64,000 bases of DNA. Source: Octopus sinensis. Taxonomy: Eukaryota. The DNA lies in the NCBI RefSeq assembly GCF_006345805.1, contig NC_043001.1:43710001-43774000 (forward strand), in the 5' to 3' direction. Made by a program: the position numbers and the translations under genes. A model generated the notes under the pieces. It was not told the origin of the DNA. It worked only from the letters and a program-made list of their open reading frames with translations, and searched no databases. Positions 24,801 through 34,991 of the stretch are shown here, piece by piece (position 1 is the first letter of the stretch; each line of letters begins with the position of its first letter).

Positions 24801-27301
24801 AGTTTTTCTACCTATACTTGACCTTCAAGAGTTCAAACTGAAGAGTAATCTTATCCAACTATCACTATCTCATTGTCTAGAAAGGCTAGGAGAAAGATCA
24901 GATTGTTTAATGTTAATGCCTTTTTAAAGAATGTTAGCAAATATGTGAAATGGATAAACTTTTGTCAGGAATCAAAACAGGTCTTAAACTCTAATCTAAT
25001 GTCTAAATAGCAAGTTATCATAAATTTATCAATAATAATAGCACTCCAGCTGCAATGAGCTGTGTGTTATAAATAAACTGGCCCAATGAGAATTAAATTG
25101 TTATGTCCAACCTAGCTGAAAATAAAGACAATTACCTGTAAGTTTTGTAAATAATCATCAAAATTTGCAGAAACATTAAACCAAAACTAACAAAAATAAG
25201 TAAGTAAATAAATACAATAGAGCGTAAAAGTTCATAATTAGTTACCAAAAGAAGGCTTTCACATTTTCTTGCACTAGAGTCCAAGAATCTCCAAAATTCT
25301 TTGTTAAATATAACTGAAACAAAAAAAAGTGTGAGGATTGAACAGACCAGTTTCATTGTTATTTAACAATTCATGTGAATTTTATCTCTCCAGGTTACAT
25401 ATTAAAATGTAAACAACTATACATCTAAACAAAAGCTCATTTACATTATGGCACAAGTCTGAAGGCTGGACACTATTACTAAAATACTAATACAACATGG
25501 GTTTTGAATATATAAATATATGCAGTCATAGCCATATGTACTTGGTCTCACAGTGAAATTTCTGAATGAAAAGAATACTTAAAGAGGAAGGGGAGCTTAG
25601 TCCAAATATTCAAACAATTTCAATAGCTGGTTCAATGAAATCAGTTGAATTACTAAGGATATTCACTGGGATGCTGTAAATATTTGGCAAAGTATGATAC
25701 ACACAAGTTTCCTGCATAGTCAGTCATGTAGAACAGGAAGAGGTCATTCAAAAGGAATGACATAGCAGTATCATCATCAACTACAACAAGAGTAAAAGAC
25801 ATTCTCAGGAAACAAGCAACTAGAAAAACATCAAACTGATTGACCAAGTTATGTAAGTAACAACAAATTATAAGTGCAAGTAATTACAAAGGAAATTTGC
25901 TTAGATCAGATACAATTCAGGTTTGTGCTAGGACAGTGTACTGTTAGTGCCTTCTTCCATGTGAAACAATTACTTATGCAGTTTTTTAGCAAAGAGCAAG
26001 CCACTGCACTTCACATTTATTGATCTGGAGAAGGCCTCTGACAGACCCAGTGATCACTAATAAAACTAGATGTAATTGCATAGCTAGTGAGAGGCATAGA
26101 TGCCATGTAAAGAGATGCTGTCAGTTAAGTGATAAATAGCAATGAGTTCAGCTACAGCTTTCAGGTACATATCCATCAGAGCTTGGGTTTTAATTTTCTC
26201 TCATTTATTAAACTTCCCCAGGCCACATCAGCAACTTACTTTTCTCTGTGAATCATCATCATCCATTCCAACAAGTATTTCTGGATTCGTAGAATGAAAA
26301 GCCAATACTCTGGGGCAAAAAGGTACAGGATGCTTAATGAAAGCCTTTCCATAGTCTCGTGTGAAAAATGTGACGTTATAAGTTATATCCACAAATACAT
26401 ACTGCAATAACAAGAAAAGATATGAATGAATAAATATATATATATATATATACATACAAATAAAGGAATCATACTTTTTCAATAATGGAGGAAGTTATTC
26501 TCAGAAAGGATCAGATCTGGACTCCACTAATGACACCTTAGGACCAGATGGTATTATTAAACTGAGGCAATTGATTAAGTCTATAATATGAAAAAACTCC
26601 AGGAAAATATTTTGGACTTGTGTGTAAAAGTGATTTAACAATAGTTTGTGATGAGTTTCTTAATGTCAGTTAATTAAATAAGATGTCAGGAAGATAAACA
26701 ATGATGATGGTAATTATACTTCCACACAAATGTCTTATTTTGTATGAGTGTACATGTAAGTACACAGCAGACAAGGCCAAGATAACTCAAAGATGAATAT
26801 CAAATTTTTTACTGGGGAATCAGCCTGAGGCCAAAAGAAGGATGGTCAATTTACTTTGAAATTTTTTTAAAGATAAACAACAGAGTTGAGAAATGAATTG
26901 ACCCAAATATATACCAACACTCAAACAAACAGCTGATGTATAAAATGCAGTCATAAACTGTATTCATAATTATATACACACACACATTCATGTTCATACA
27001 CTGACACCATGAGCAAATTAAACTATAAATTAGCATGAAAAGACTTGGGAGAAGCAGAGAAACTTACATGGCTGTTCTGTCGTGGGTGATTATGAAACTG
27101 GTGAATAGCTGACACATTGTTGTCTGATGTCAACTTGTAGCTAACATTTTCAAAGTCTTTGCCATAATTATATGATATGAATACATTGCTGGAAGATGCT
27201 TTGGCTGTTGGTTTGGAGTCTTTAGTTAAGGCTACAATCACTCTGCTATTTTTACCTGCCCAGTGCACAACCATTAGCTGATGGCTGTCTTTCAGGTGTG
27301 C
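1..27301 (-). CDS. SORL1: Sortilin-related receptor (SorLA/LR11), partial multi-exon CDS: VPS10 beta-propeller plus 10CC region; 5' exon not found, 3' part runs off the window
   Basis: 13 exons with GT-AG boundaries and compatible phases join into 655 codons. Motifs include [91 protein letters not shown] and [12 protein letters not shown], plus six Asp-box repeats ([48 protein letters not shown]). All closely resemble human SORL1 as I recall it. Confidence 0.95.
400..783. mobile_element. pogo/Tigger-like MITE
   Basis: Left TIR CAGTGATACCTCACAGTACGAG; right TIR reverse complement CAATAGAACCTCGCAGTACCAG; right flank TA, left flank TG. Confidence 0.65.
830..955 (-). CDS. SORL1: SORL1 exon (126 nt, 2-2), 10CC-b: [21 protein letters not shown]...[12 protein letters not shown](G)
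   Basis: Acceptor TTTCCACTTTCAG, donor GTTTGT; CDYGF completed across the junction. Confidence 0.92.
1046..1111. repeat. (TA)n microsatellite; other long (TA)n tracts at about 16545, 41037, 43705 and 53339
   Basis: Directly visible. Confidence 0.97.
1764..1965 (-). CDS. SORL1: SORL1 exon (202 nt, 1-2), 10CC-a: [12 protein letters not shown]...CLLGRK...[10 protein letters not shown](C)
   Basis: Acceptor TTTCATCCTCAG, donor GTTTGT; 10CC cysteines present. Confidence 0.93.
3126..3301 (-). CDS. SORL1: SORL1 exon (176 nt, 2-1) YSWNNGETW...[20 protein letters not shown]...[12 protein letters not shown]
   Basis: Acceptor TTTTACATACCAG, donor GTAAGT. Confidence 0.95.
3333..3468 (-). mobile_element. 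5'-truncated LINE 3' end (RTE-like) with poly(A) tail
   Basis: Minus frame [22 protein letters not shown], then an A-run; possible TSD CAAATAAATA at 3323-3332 and 3469-3478. Confidence 0.55.
4536..4624 (-). CDS. SORL1: SORL1 exon (89 nt, 0-2) [29 protein letters not shown](L)
   Basis: Acceptor TTTTTTCTTTATAG, donor GTACGT; GDHGG motif. Confidence 0.94.
4681..5515 (-). mobile_element. Internally deleted mariner (DD34D) with both TIRs
   Basis: TIRs TCAGGTCATC(T/C)CATAAGTTCT, TA TSDs at 4679-80 and 5516-17; HQDNA*PHT...[16 protein letters not shown] with 34 aa between the two D residues; in-frame stop. Confidence 0.92.
5943..6131 (-). CDS. SORL1: SORL1 exon (189 nt, 0-0) [10 protein letters not shown]...[19 protein letters not shown]...[10 protein letters not shown]
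   Basis: Acceptor TTTTATTTTGCAG, donor GTGAGA. Confidence 0.95.
6283..6462. mobile_element. hAT-family MITE
   Basis: TIRs CAGGGGTCTCCAAA / TTTGGGGACCCCTG; right flank ATCTAATG, left flank ATCTAATAATG (the same TSD with a 3-nt slip). Confidence 0.8.
8985..9190 (+). repeat. Representative of a very abundant ~200-bp interspersed repeat of unknown class
   Basis: Shared motifs CCCCAGGTCA...ATCAAAGG(C/T)ATTCCAG...GACTACATTATC...TTTGGCTGCTATTTCTAG...TAGAGGCTC. Related degenerate copies near 2.8k, 19.0k, 19.8k, 20.4k, 21.7k, 33.8k, 38.5k, 39.0k, 51.9k, 54.1k, 56.4k, 61.0k and 61.5k. Confidence 0.65.
11135..11284. mobile_element. hAT-family MITE
   Basis: TIRs CAGACATGGGTAAC / GTTGGCCATGACTG; perfect 8-bp TSD ATCTAACT at 11127-11134 and 11285-11292. 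Confidence 0.8.
11738..11936 (-). CDS. SORL1: SORL1 exon (199 nt, 2-0) [23 protein letters not shown]...TFNKGGTW...LNCSV
   Basis: Acceptor TTTCTATTTTCTAG, donor GTAAGT. Confidence 0.94.
11990..12665 (+). mobile_element. DD37D (maT-type) Tc1/mariner remnant, internally deleted
   Basis: TA followed by a CAGGGTACAATGGG left end; [15 protein letters not shown]; WDSAPCHTS...[13 protein letters not shown] with 37 aa between the two D residues. Confidence 0.88.
12817..12986 (-). CDS. SORL1: SORL1 exon (170 nt, 0-2) [18 protein letters not shown]...[23 protein letters not shown]
   Basis: Acceptor TTTTTTTTTTCAG, donor GTAATT; near-identical to the human [15 protein letters not shown] motif. Confidence 0.95.
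13401..13502 (-). CDS. SORL1: SORL1 exon (102 nt, 0-0) [34 protein letters not shown]
   Basis: Acceptor TTAATTTCAG, donor GTAAAT; QLWVS motif; preceded by a 10,002-nt intron. Confidence 0.9.
14768..14962. mobile_element. TTAA-flanked piggyBac-like MITE, degenerate
   Basis: Similar to the 61650-61858 copy; ends CAGTTTAGATACTAAAAAG then TTAA. Confidence 0.5.
15775..16436 (-). mobile_element. RTE-clade LINE reverse transcriptase fragment
   Basis: 219-aa ORF containing [34 protein letters not shown] and IVDSFRYLG; degenerate and truncated at both ends. Confidence 0.9.
16437..16795 (-). mobile_element. tRNA-derived SINE with internal (TA)n microsatellite
   Basis: Head GGAGTGGCTGTGTGGTAAG...GGTTCAGTCCC, core GGCACCTTGGGCAAGTGTCTTC. 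Relatives at about 18.1-18.5k, 23.0-23.4k, 31.4k, 52.5k, 57.6-57.9k and 63.4k. Confidence 0.8.
19383..19590 (+). mobile_element. SINE (GAGCTGGCAGAATC...TTCTGAGTTCAAATTCC family)
   Basis: Box-B-like GAGTTCAAATTCC; about 10 related copies in the window. Confidence 0.8.
20518..21061. mobile_element. Fold-back DNA element with long TIRs containing 29-bp tandem repeats
   Basis: Arms 20518-20701 and 20912-21061 are near-perfect reverse complements; probable TA TSD. Confidence 0.8.
23505..23679 (-). CDS. SORL1: SORL1 exon (175 nt, 2-0) [20 protein letters not shown]...[10 protein letters not shown]
   Basis: Acceptor CTTCATTATAG, donor GTTAGT; resembles human YDKPNTIYIERHEPSG...KYMFATK. Confidence 0.93.
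24690..24880 (+). mobile_element. Possible CR1/L2-type LINE 3' end remnant
   Basis: Frameshifted sequence resembling the typical (W)NSLP...F..Y.LQEFK LINE terminus. Confidence 0.35.
25246..25313 (-). CDS. SORL1: SORL1 exon (68 nt, 0-2) [22 protein letters not shown](W)
   Basis: Acceptor TTTTTTTGTTTCAG, donor GTAACT; absent from the ORF track in this frame. Confidence 0.93.
25945..26230 (+). mobile_element. RTE LINE RT fragment of the same family as 15.8-16.4k, abutting a splice donor
   Basis: Degenerate [16 protein letters not shown]...[13 protein letters not shown]. Confidence 0.7.
26240..26401 (-). CDS. SORL1: SORL1 exon (162 nt, 0-0) [21 protein letters not shown]...DDSQRK
   Basis: Acceptor TTGTTATTGCAG, donor GTAAGT; contains an Asp-box. 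Confidence 0.93.
27068..27301 (-). CDS. SORL1: SORL1 exon (234 nt, phase 0-0) [16 protein letters not shown]...HPRQNSH
   Basis: Acceptor TTTTTCTTACAG, donor GTAAGT; start of the VPS10 domain. Confidence 0.93.
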
Positions 27302-27383
27302 CTGTAAGAAAAATAGAAAAACATTAGCATTTGAAAATATTAACTGACCAAAACTAAAATCAATGATAAATGCTAAGTCATAT

Positions 27384-27594
27384 TGGTTTCTGATTTTGGC
27401 ACAAGGCCAGCAATTGTTGGGTAAGGAGTAAATTGATTACATCGACCCAGTGTTCAATGGCATTTATTTTATCAACCCTGAAAGGATGGAAGGTAAAGTT
27501 GACCTTGGTGGATTTGAACTCAGAATGTAAAGATGAATTAAGTACCACTAAGCATTTTGCCCAGCATGCTAACAGTTCTGCCAGCTTGCCACCT
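27384..27594 (-). mobile_element. SINE with 10-bp TSD
   Basis: TAAGTCATAT at 27374-27383 and 27595-27604. Confidence 0.82.
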
Positions 27595-28859
27595 TAAGTC
27601 ATATGAATTATGAAATGATATCAATTTGTTGTAGTTTGGGATATCTATCAAAGATTGAAACAATCTAGATGTTGTTCTTGATGGAGTTACTGGTGTTTTC
27701 CTTGGAACTTTTGAGAATGCAATTTGGTTAATAAAATTTGTTAATAGAGTTTGTGAATATGTTTGACAGAGTTTGATGGAATGGAGTTAATCTTAGTGGA
27801 GGTGAGAGTCAGACTTTCTTGGTGGAGGTGCTGGCTGGATTTCCTTGGTGAAATCTGTTAGGATAAGATTCTTTTTAATGGAATTAAGAAGTTTATCCTT
27901 GATGGAGGCCATGGGGTTATTGAAAGAAGAATTATCATCTCAACTACTAGCAAAACTATTAATCAATTTGGGGGGATGGTTTTCCCCTAATCATTTACAC
28001 CCATTCTCACAGATATTCTAAAGGATTACAAAGAGCAAGGTTGCTGCCAGTATTTTTATTCTTACAATCATAAGGAATTTAGAACTAGGTACAGTAAAAT
28101 AGCTAAAACCAGTATTCTGCTGTCTTGAACAAAATATATCATTCTTTTACATAAATTTACAAAATAATTTCAAAATAATTTTCTGTTTAATCATCTGAAT
28201 ATTATTGTGAGAGAAAACAGTTTAACAACATTTAATCAATTTTCTCAGTAAATATTTTTCTAACCTTTTCAGAAAAAAGCTAAATAGAAAGAACATTTTA
28301 TATTCTTTACAGTAAAGTAGTGCAATTCTTGGTACTTCTTTTGAAACTTCATATTTCCAGCACAGTCTAAATATGTGTATTAACACTTTCAAGAATTTAT
28401 TTTCAATACCAAAAAGTACTCTGGCTGAAGTAATCACTAACATAATAACAAAACCCTTTGTTTTATTTAACTTATTGGGTCAATCTTACAGTTGGCTTTC
28501 TCCAAATTAGGATTCTTGCCGTATCTATGTTTACCGACTGTGAATAAAATAAATAAAATTCTCCATTCTCCAAACTGTATTGTTCAGAAATTTTGCTATA
28601 TCTTGTGTATGTATCATAAATTCCAAACTCATATCTCTTAAAACAAAAAGTTTGTTTCTTTTGATTGATTATAAAATTAAATTTTTAAGGGATAGAGACA
28701 TGTTAATTTTAACCCCCACTTCCCTCCAAATAAAAAGTGTTCTAAAATTAAAGCAACTGAAGTGTTGGGCCTTAATAACTATCAATAAATGTGATAAAAT
28801 ATGAAAATTATACATTATTATAAAAGCTTAGCGTGTTTTCTTTTTATTTCAGACTAAAT

Positions 28860-29978
28860 GAATTTAGATTTATAAATTACATAATGGTTATAGACTGAAA
28901 TACAATCATAACCCTCCACAAAAGAGGCAAAAATAATAAGCTAGAGCAATAAAGCATAAGATTAACTGGATAACAGTCTGGAAAATTGTCAAAAAATTTC
29001 AAGAGTGATTCCACTGCTGACTGACCCTTGGCTTCTCAAAAATACCACAAAAATAAACAGCAAAATCCTCACCACTCTGTTAGAAAACTGGCTGTTACAG
29101 CAAAAATAAGCCAAACATTGATGTATCAAGTGCTGAAGGAGGATCTCATGACCCATCCCTACAAGATGTTCTGCTGTTACAAACTCATACAAGTTTATAA
29201 GGCCATGAGACTGGAGAGAAGTTGTCTTATCTTGCATCAGATTGTTGGAGGCATGCTGCCCAATCTGATGTTCACTGACGAATAGAAATTTGACATCAAG
29301 GACAGTAAACTGCCAGAATGACCAACTTTGGAGTGTGTCTGGCTCCATCAAGGGTAGACTCGCAAACCGATGTCAAAATCTACAGTCAGTTATGGTTTGG
29401 GCAGCTGTGACAGCCACTGGAAGTGTCCCCCATCATTTTTCTGTCCTCGGGTGTTAAAATTAATACCCAGTGACGTATTAACATTCTGGAATCTGAATGC
29501 TTCCATGGGCAAATGAGCACTTTCAAGGTGCACCTTGGAACCTCCAACAGGATGCGGCACCATCCTACAGCTCCAAACAGACACAACACTAGATTCAGAT
29601 AAACATTCCATCATTCATAGGCAAGGATGTATGACCCTCAAGAAGTCCCAATCTCAACCCATTGGATTTTTCTGTTTGGTCCATTTGGGTAATTAAGAAT
29701 CTCAAGCACTCCTCACACTTCGCTTGATGCTCTAAAGGCAAAACTGTGCCAGGAATGGGCTTCAATTCTGCAAGAACAGTTGCATGCCATGTGTGAAACA
29801 TTCGCACCTAAACTTAAGGCTGCAATTCAAAACAGAGGTGGTCATATCAAATAAATGTGGTAGTGTCGTAATTGTGTTTCCTTTACCGTTGCATTGCAAT
29901 GCTCAGACTCAAAATATAACAATATTTTGCTTTGACAAAATTGAATAAAGTTGATTGCCTTAATTTTGGGACACCTTG
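28860..29978 (+). mobile_element. DD37D (maT-type) transposon remnant with right TIR
   Basis: NLMFTDE, VMVWAAVTATG, QQDAAPS...SPNLNPLDFSVW with 37 aa D-D spacing; ends TTTTGGGACACCTTG then TA; stops and frameshifts; left boundary approximate. Confidence 0.88.
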
Positions 29979-31772
29979 TATAATTGATACCAATAAAACT
30001 CAGCTGCCTAAGATGGAACTTGAACTCACAATCAAAAAGAATTTAGAACTAGATATAGTAAAATAGCTATAACCAGTATTCTGCTGTCTTGGGCTATTTC
30101 TCCAACAAAATATCAGCTTCACATAATTTTGTAGCCTTCCCAGAATAGATTACTAACCTTGCAAAAAAGTACTTTCAAAATTAACTATAAATCTTAACAT
30201 TAAACTATTGAAAGATTGGCAGTAATTCTCACTTCATAGCTGTCACTAAGGAAACATTAGATAACAAAGGCAGATACTAAAATCTTTACAAAATTAAAAT
30301 AAAACAAATCAATAACTTCAATGGATTTAGTGTAAAAAAAAAAATTACTTAACCCACTGAAATTATTGATTTCTATGATACTGAAGGCCACTTAGCTAGA
30401 TATTACTTGTGTCTGAAATTTGCTGATGATACTGCCATTAAATACAGAAATGAGGTCAATGTTTTAATAGCAACAGAAGACAGATTAGATATAGTTCTGT
30501 AAAGCAGTAATTTTCAAATGTTGCATTAACAAAATAAAACATCTGGTTGTATACATAAACTATTAAGCTTCATGTAAACATACCTGTCTCTGCTAAATAC
30601 AGATAGCTCTATTTTGTATTTTTCCACATACTAACCAATCCAGTATTTTACTAATGACAAATCAACAAGTGAGAATTATAATCATTTAACTGTTCAGATC
30701 CATAGAGTTACTTCCACATCTTCCACAAATGTTACTTATCAATATTCACTATAACAGCTGTCAAAAACAAAAGCTTGGCTACTGAAAAGTAAAACAATAA
30801 AATCAAGTTATTCTTTTAAAGTAATTTTCATGCAAGATTCACTCAAAACTTTATATAACATACGTCAACAATGTTAGGTCACCACCACCCATGCCAGTTT
30901 TGTATATCAGTTATCGATATTCACCACAGGTATATCTAGTTTCAAGTGGACAGGTAAAAATAAAGCTACCATATTAAGACTCTTGTCAACAACCAAGTTA
31001 GGTGTTTATCATATTTTTACTGTAAAAAGAAATATGAAAGCAAGCTTAGAAACTATACTGGAGACACCTTTTGTTGTCTATGAACTACATCTATGAATCC
31101 ATATTGATTTAAGTAACAATTATCATATATACATCAGACATACATTTAAATCATTCTGGTATCCATTTTTCCGGCCTTACATAGGTTAGATGGAATTCAC
31201 TGAGGAAGATTTTCTATAGTCTGATACTCTTCTTATCACCAATTCTTGCCTATTTCCATACAAATTAATATCTTTCCCCATGGCTGGACATGTCTTCAAG
31301 GAAGATTGAGAACAAGGGACATGATGATGATGATGCTCATTTGCAACTACTGTGTGAGGTCAAGACGAGAAAACACAAACACACACACATGAATACATAT
31401 ACATATCTATTTACCTATCTATACATACACACACACTCACAAAAACTTTTTCAGTTTCTCTCTATCAAATCCACTCACAAGGCTCTGATTGGTCTGAGGT
31501 TATAGAAAAGAAAAATGACCAAATGACCAAGATGTCATGCAATGAGACTAAACCCCAAACCACTGAATAGTTCATCCTTAACTTCATTACTTGATCAATT
31601 AAAGTTGCTGACTAGAAGTCAGTAAACCATAAGCTTTCATGAAGGCAAAAAGAAGAGAAGAAAAGACAAGAAACAAATGCAGCCAAGAGGTGGGTGGGCA
31701 TAGGGAAGGCTCTGTAGTTAAAGTGTCAGTTTTAATCTTTCTGTATAGCACTACAGCTTTGCACCCTTAAAG

Positions 31773-32165
31773 TGGAAGTGGAAGCACTCCGTCGGTTACG
31801 ACCATGAGGGTTCCGGTTGATCCGAATCAACGGAACAGCCTGCTCGTGAAATTAACGTGTAAGTGGCTGAGCACTCCACAGACACGTGTACCCCTTAACG
31901 TAGTTCTCGGGGATATTCAGCGTGACACAGAGAGTGACAAGGCCGGCCCCTTTGAAATACAGGTACAACAGAAACAGGAAGTAAGAGTGAGAGAAAGTTG
32001 TGGTGAAAGAGTACAGCAGGGATCACCACCATCCCCTGCCGGAGCCTCGTGGAGCTTTAGGTGTTTTCGCTCAATAAACACTCACAACGCCCAGTCTGGG
32101 AATCGAAACCGCGATCCTACGACCGCGAGTCCGCTGCCCTAACCACTGGGCCATTGCGCCTCCAC
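31773..32165 (-). mobile_element. Young full-length tRNA-derived SINE
   Basis: Box A TGGCCCAGTGG, box B GGTTTCGATTCC, CpGs intact, CTTCCA-repeat tail, 12-bp TSD GCACCCTTAAAG at 31761-31772 and 32166-32177. Confidence 0.93.
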
Positions 32166-34991
32166 GCACCCTTAAAGACTACACAACTGAAAGTATGGAA
32201 GTTCAACATAGACAAACACCTGACCTGCACCTGCATTCAAAGATACAGAATCAACTGTCTCATTCACTTTGATTCCATGCATATAGATACATAGATTCTT
32301 CATAAAGATTCTTTTTGCATATTCTTAAAAATTTTTTATTTCGGAACCATTTCCCAGTTAATTGCAACAGACTGTGCTGTGACAAGTTTGTCTTGTTCCT
32401 TCTTTAATATTTCTTTACACAGCAGGCCTTTTGTTTTCCTTTGTCTGTGAATGCAGCCACATACATTTTAACATGAATACAAATACTGTTCTTTGTGCAC
32501 ATACCAACATAAATATTAACATTTTCTCGCGGGTGCTTTTTTTGCCTTTTTCTTTGTGCTTTCACCTGCACACTTCACAAACATCAATGTGTTAACAGCC
32601 AGCTTTTATGCTTGTTCTGTAGACAGTAATTTTCACTCTGCACATTAATTCATGTCAAACTCAAGGTAGTGTGTCTATTACAAGACAGCATTGTTCATTT
32701 TCCTGTATTCCACCCACATGTATAACACCCCATTCATAACCTACAGTTACACATTTATATATGTGCCTAAATTTGAAACGGGGACTGCTTATTTCCATTC
32801 AGAAAATTTTCAATAAACAACTGATCACTTGAAACTGACCCATGATAACAGCAAAAACTTCAGGACATCAGAAAAAAGCTGACCACTAATTTTTTTCAAT
32901 CACACATCAAATCCACCGATGATTTATCATTAAACTGACCAATGAAAGTTTTTTAATTGTAAGTGCTCCCTAATATAAGCTATCATCAAGGTAGAAAGAT
33001 GAGAAGTCAAGAGATACAAATGCAGCCAAGCATTTGTGTTGATTGCTTTTTGGCTGTCACCAGTAACAGTTATTAGTTTGGACAACTACACTCAACAATG
33101 TGATCCATGGGAATTGTTTAGATACAAATGCAACCAAGCATTTGTGTTGATTGCTTACACAGATAAACAAATTAAATCAACCCAATATTTTGCTGGTATT
33201 TCCCCACACCCACTTCCATCTCATCCAACTACTATCCTCAGTTATCCTCAACTTGATCTAAAATCAAAATATAACCAGTCATAAGGTGCTGCAAGGACTT
33301 TTGGCTGATACTCTACTGATTTTGCCAATCCCATGCATTATTCTTTAGTTTTTCTAAGCTTCTAGATGTGGGCAGATAGTACATATACTACATTAGTTAC
33401 TTTAGTGTGAGTTTTCTTGCCAGAAAGACTGATGTTAAACATACTTGAAGAGTATAGTTGCTATTTCCTTATTCTAATGATTGAAGTGAGTTATAAGATT
33501 TATGACTTTGATTTATTAAGTGGCATCACTTTCACCAGTACACTATTGCATATGATCTCATCACTGTCTCTGTAATTTTATTTCCCTTGACATTACAATG
33601 TGTTGTCTGTCACTAATGCCACATATATCCCAACACCATTATTAGTAATCTTTATTACACAAGAATTAGATATCTAATTGTTGTGTAATAAAGCCGACTT
33701 CTATGCTCATATTCAAAGCAACCAAACTTATCTTCACTAGATCCCAAAAAAAAAAAATCATTGAGGATGAAAAGAAGCCACTTCACAATTGTTTAATCTG
33801 CTAAAAACAGCACTGAAATCACCTTAAAAACAATTCCCTAAGGAAGAACACACTGGAAAATGTAGTCCTACGTGATATCATATTAGAAAATTAAAATGGG
33901 ATCTTCAAGAGCAAGAACAAATTCTAAATAAATAGACATCTAACACATGGCATACAAATAGCCAATAGCAATACTCTTTTATGATTTACAATAGCAAATC
34001 TCCATTGTAACCATACAACAGCTTCCATATATTATTTCTATGTAGCAGTTTTCATTAGCAAATGCCCATGAACTGAAATAAAATAACCAAATCATTCGAA
34101 GAAGTGTCAGACATAAGAAAAGATTTATGATGCCATTTTTACATTGGATTAAAACATGGATATAAACTCTACTTGGTCATTATTACATGTAGTTTTATAG
34201 TTCTACAAAACAATATTTCATCACAACCTAAATATGTCAAGTATACATTCCACATCGCCACCTTATTTTGCTTCTCTTTTCCAACAGTAGTTAATTCCTG
34301 CTTGAAGCATACTTTAGAAAAAAAAACTTTTTTTTACAAGTAATATAACAAACAATTTAATACAGAACTTCTCAACCTTTTTTTTTAACTATCACCCCTT
34401 TCCTTTCACCTAATATTTGTCAATAGCCTTTGTTGTAATTTAGCAAAATTAAATACACCACATGTACAAATATATACACAAGTAAGGATATTACCTAACA
34501 CTACAAGTGCAGTGGCTGCCTTGATTGCATATACTGAAATACTCATATAATTTTAATGCTTTTTTTTTTTTAATTATACTCTTGTTTATTGATTATAATT
34601 TTCAAGTCTAGGTGGTATATACTTGAAGTCTATTATTTTTGTTGGTGTTGTTATTGTTATCATTGTTATTGATATTGTTGTTATTGTGATTATGGCTAAC
34701 AAGCAGTTAATCATGATATTGCTTTTTTTTTTTAAGATAATATTTCAATGAGGAAAAATCTAAAAACAACAGTACAGAAGCATCTATTACTCCACCCAGC
34801 TTGTTTATCCCCAGTATACATAAAATTCTTGACCACTCCAAGGGGGCAGTTCCATCCGCTTTGAGAATTACTAATTTAAAACAATAACCGTGAGTCTACA
34901 TGGATCAGTTTTAAACATAATCATTTAGCGTCCGCTTTCCATGGATTCTCCATTTCTTATTACAAGACACTGCTGACCACTTTCCTCTATC

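Noticed and set aside
25653-25847. 64-aa ORF between SORL1 exons
   Set aside because: No consistent splice phase or family match; the true 68-nt exon is at 25246-25313.
28061-30091. ~70-100-bp duplicated segments flanking the maT element, suggesting a composite transposon
   Set aside because: They are diverged, far too long for a TSD, and look like two copies of a dispersed SINE-like repeat.
32085-32165. tRNA gene
   Set aside because: The A and B boxes are the head of a TSD-flanked SINE, and there is no complete acceptor stem.
31804-32294. 112-aa and 77-aa ORFs
   Set aside because: They are antisense read-through of the GC-rich young SINE.
33012-33156. 37-bp direct repeat pair (1 mismatch) 71 bp apart
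   Set aside because: Only two copies; most simply a local duplication or repair scar.
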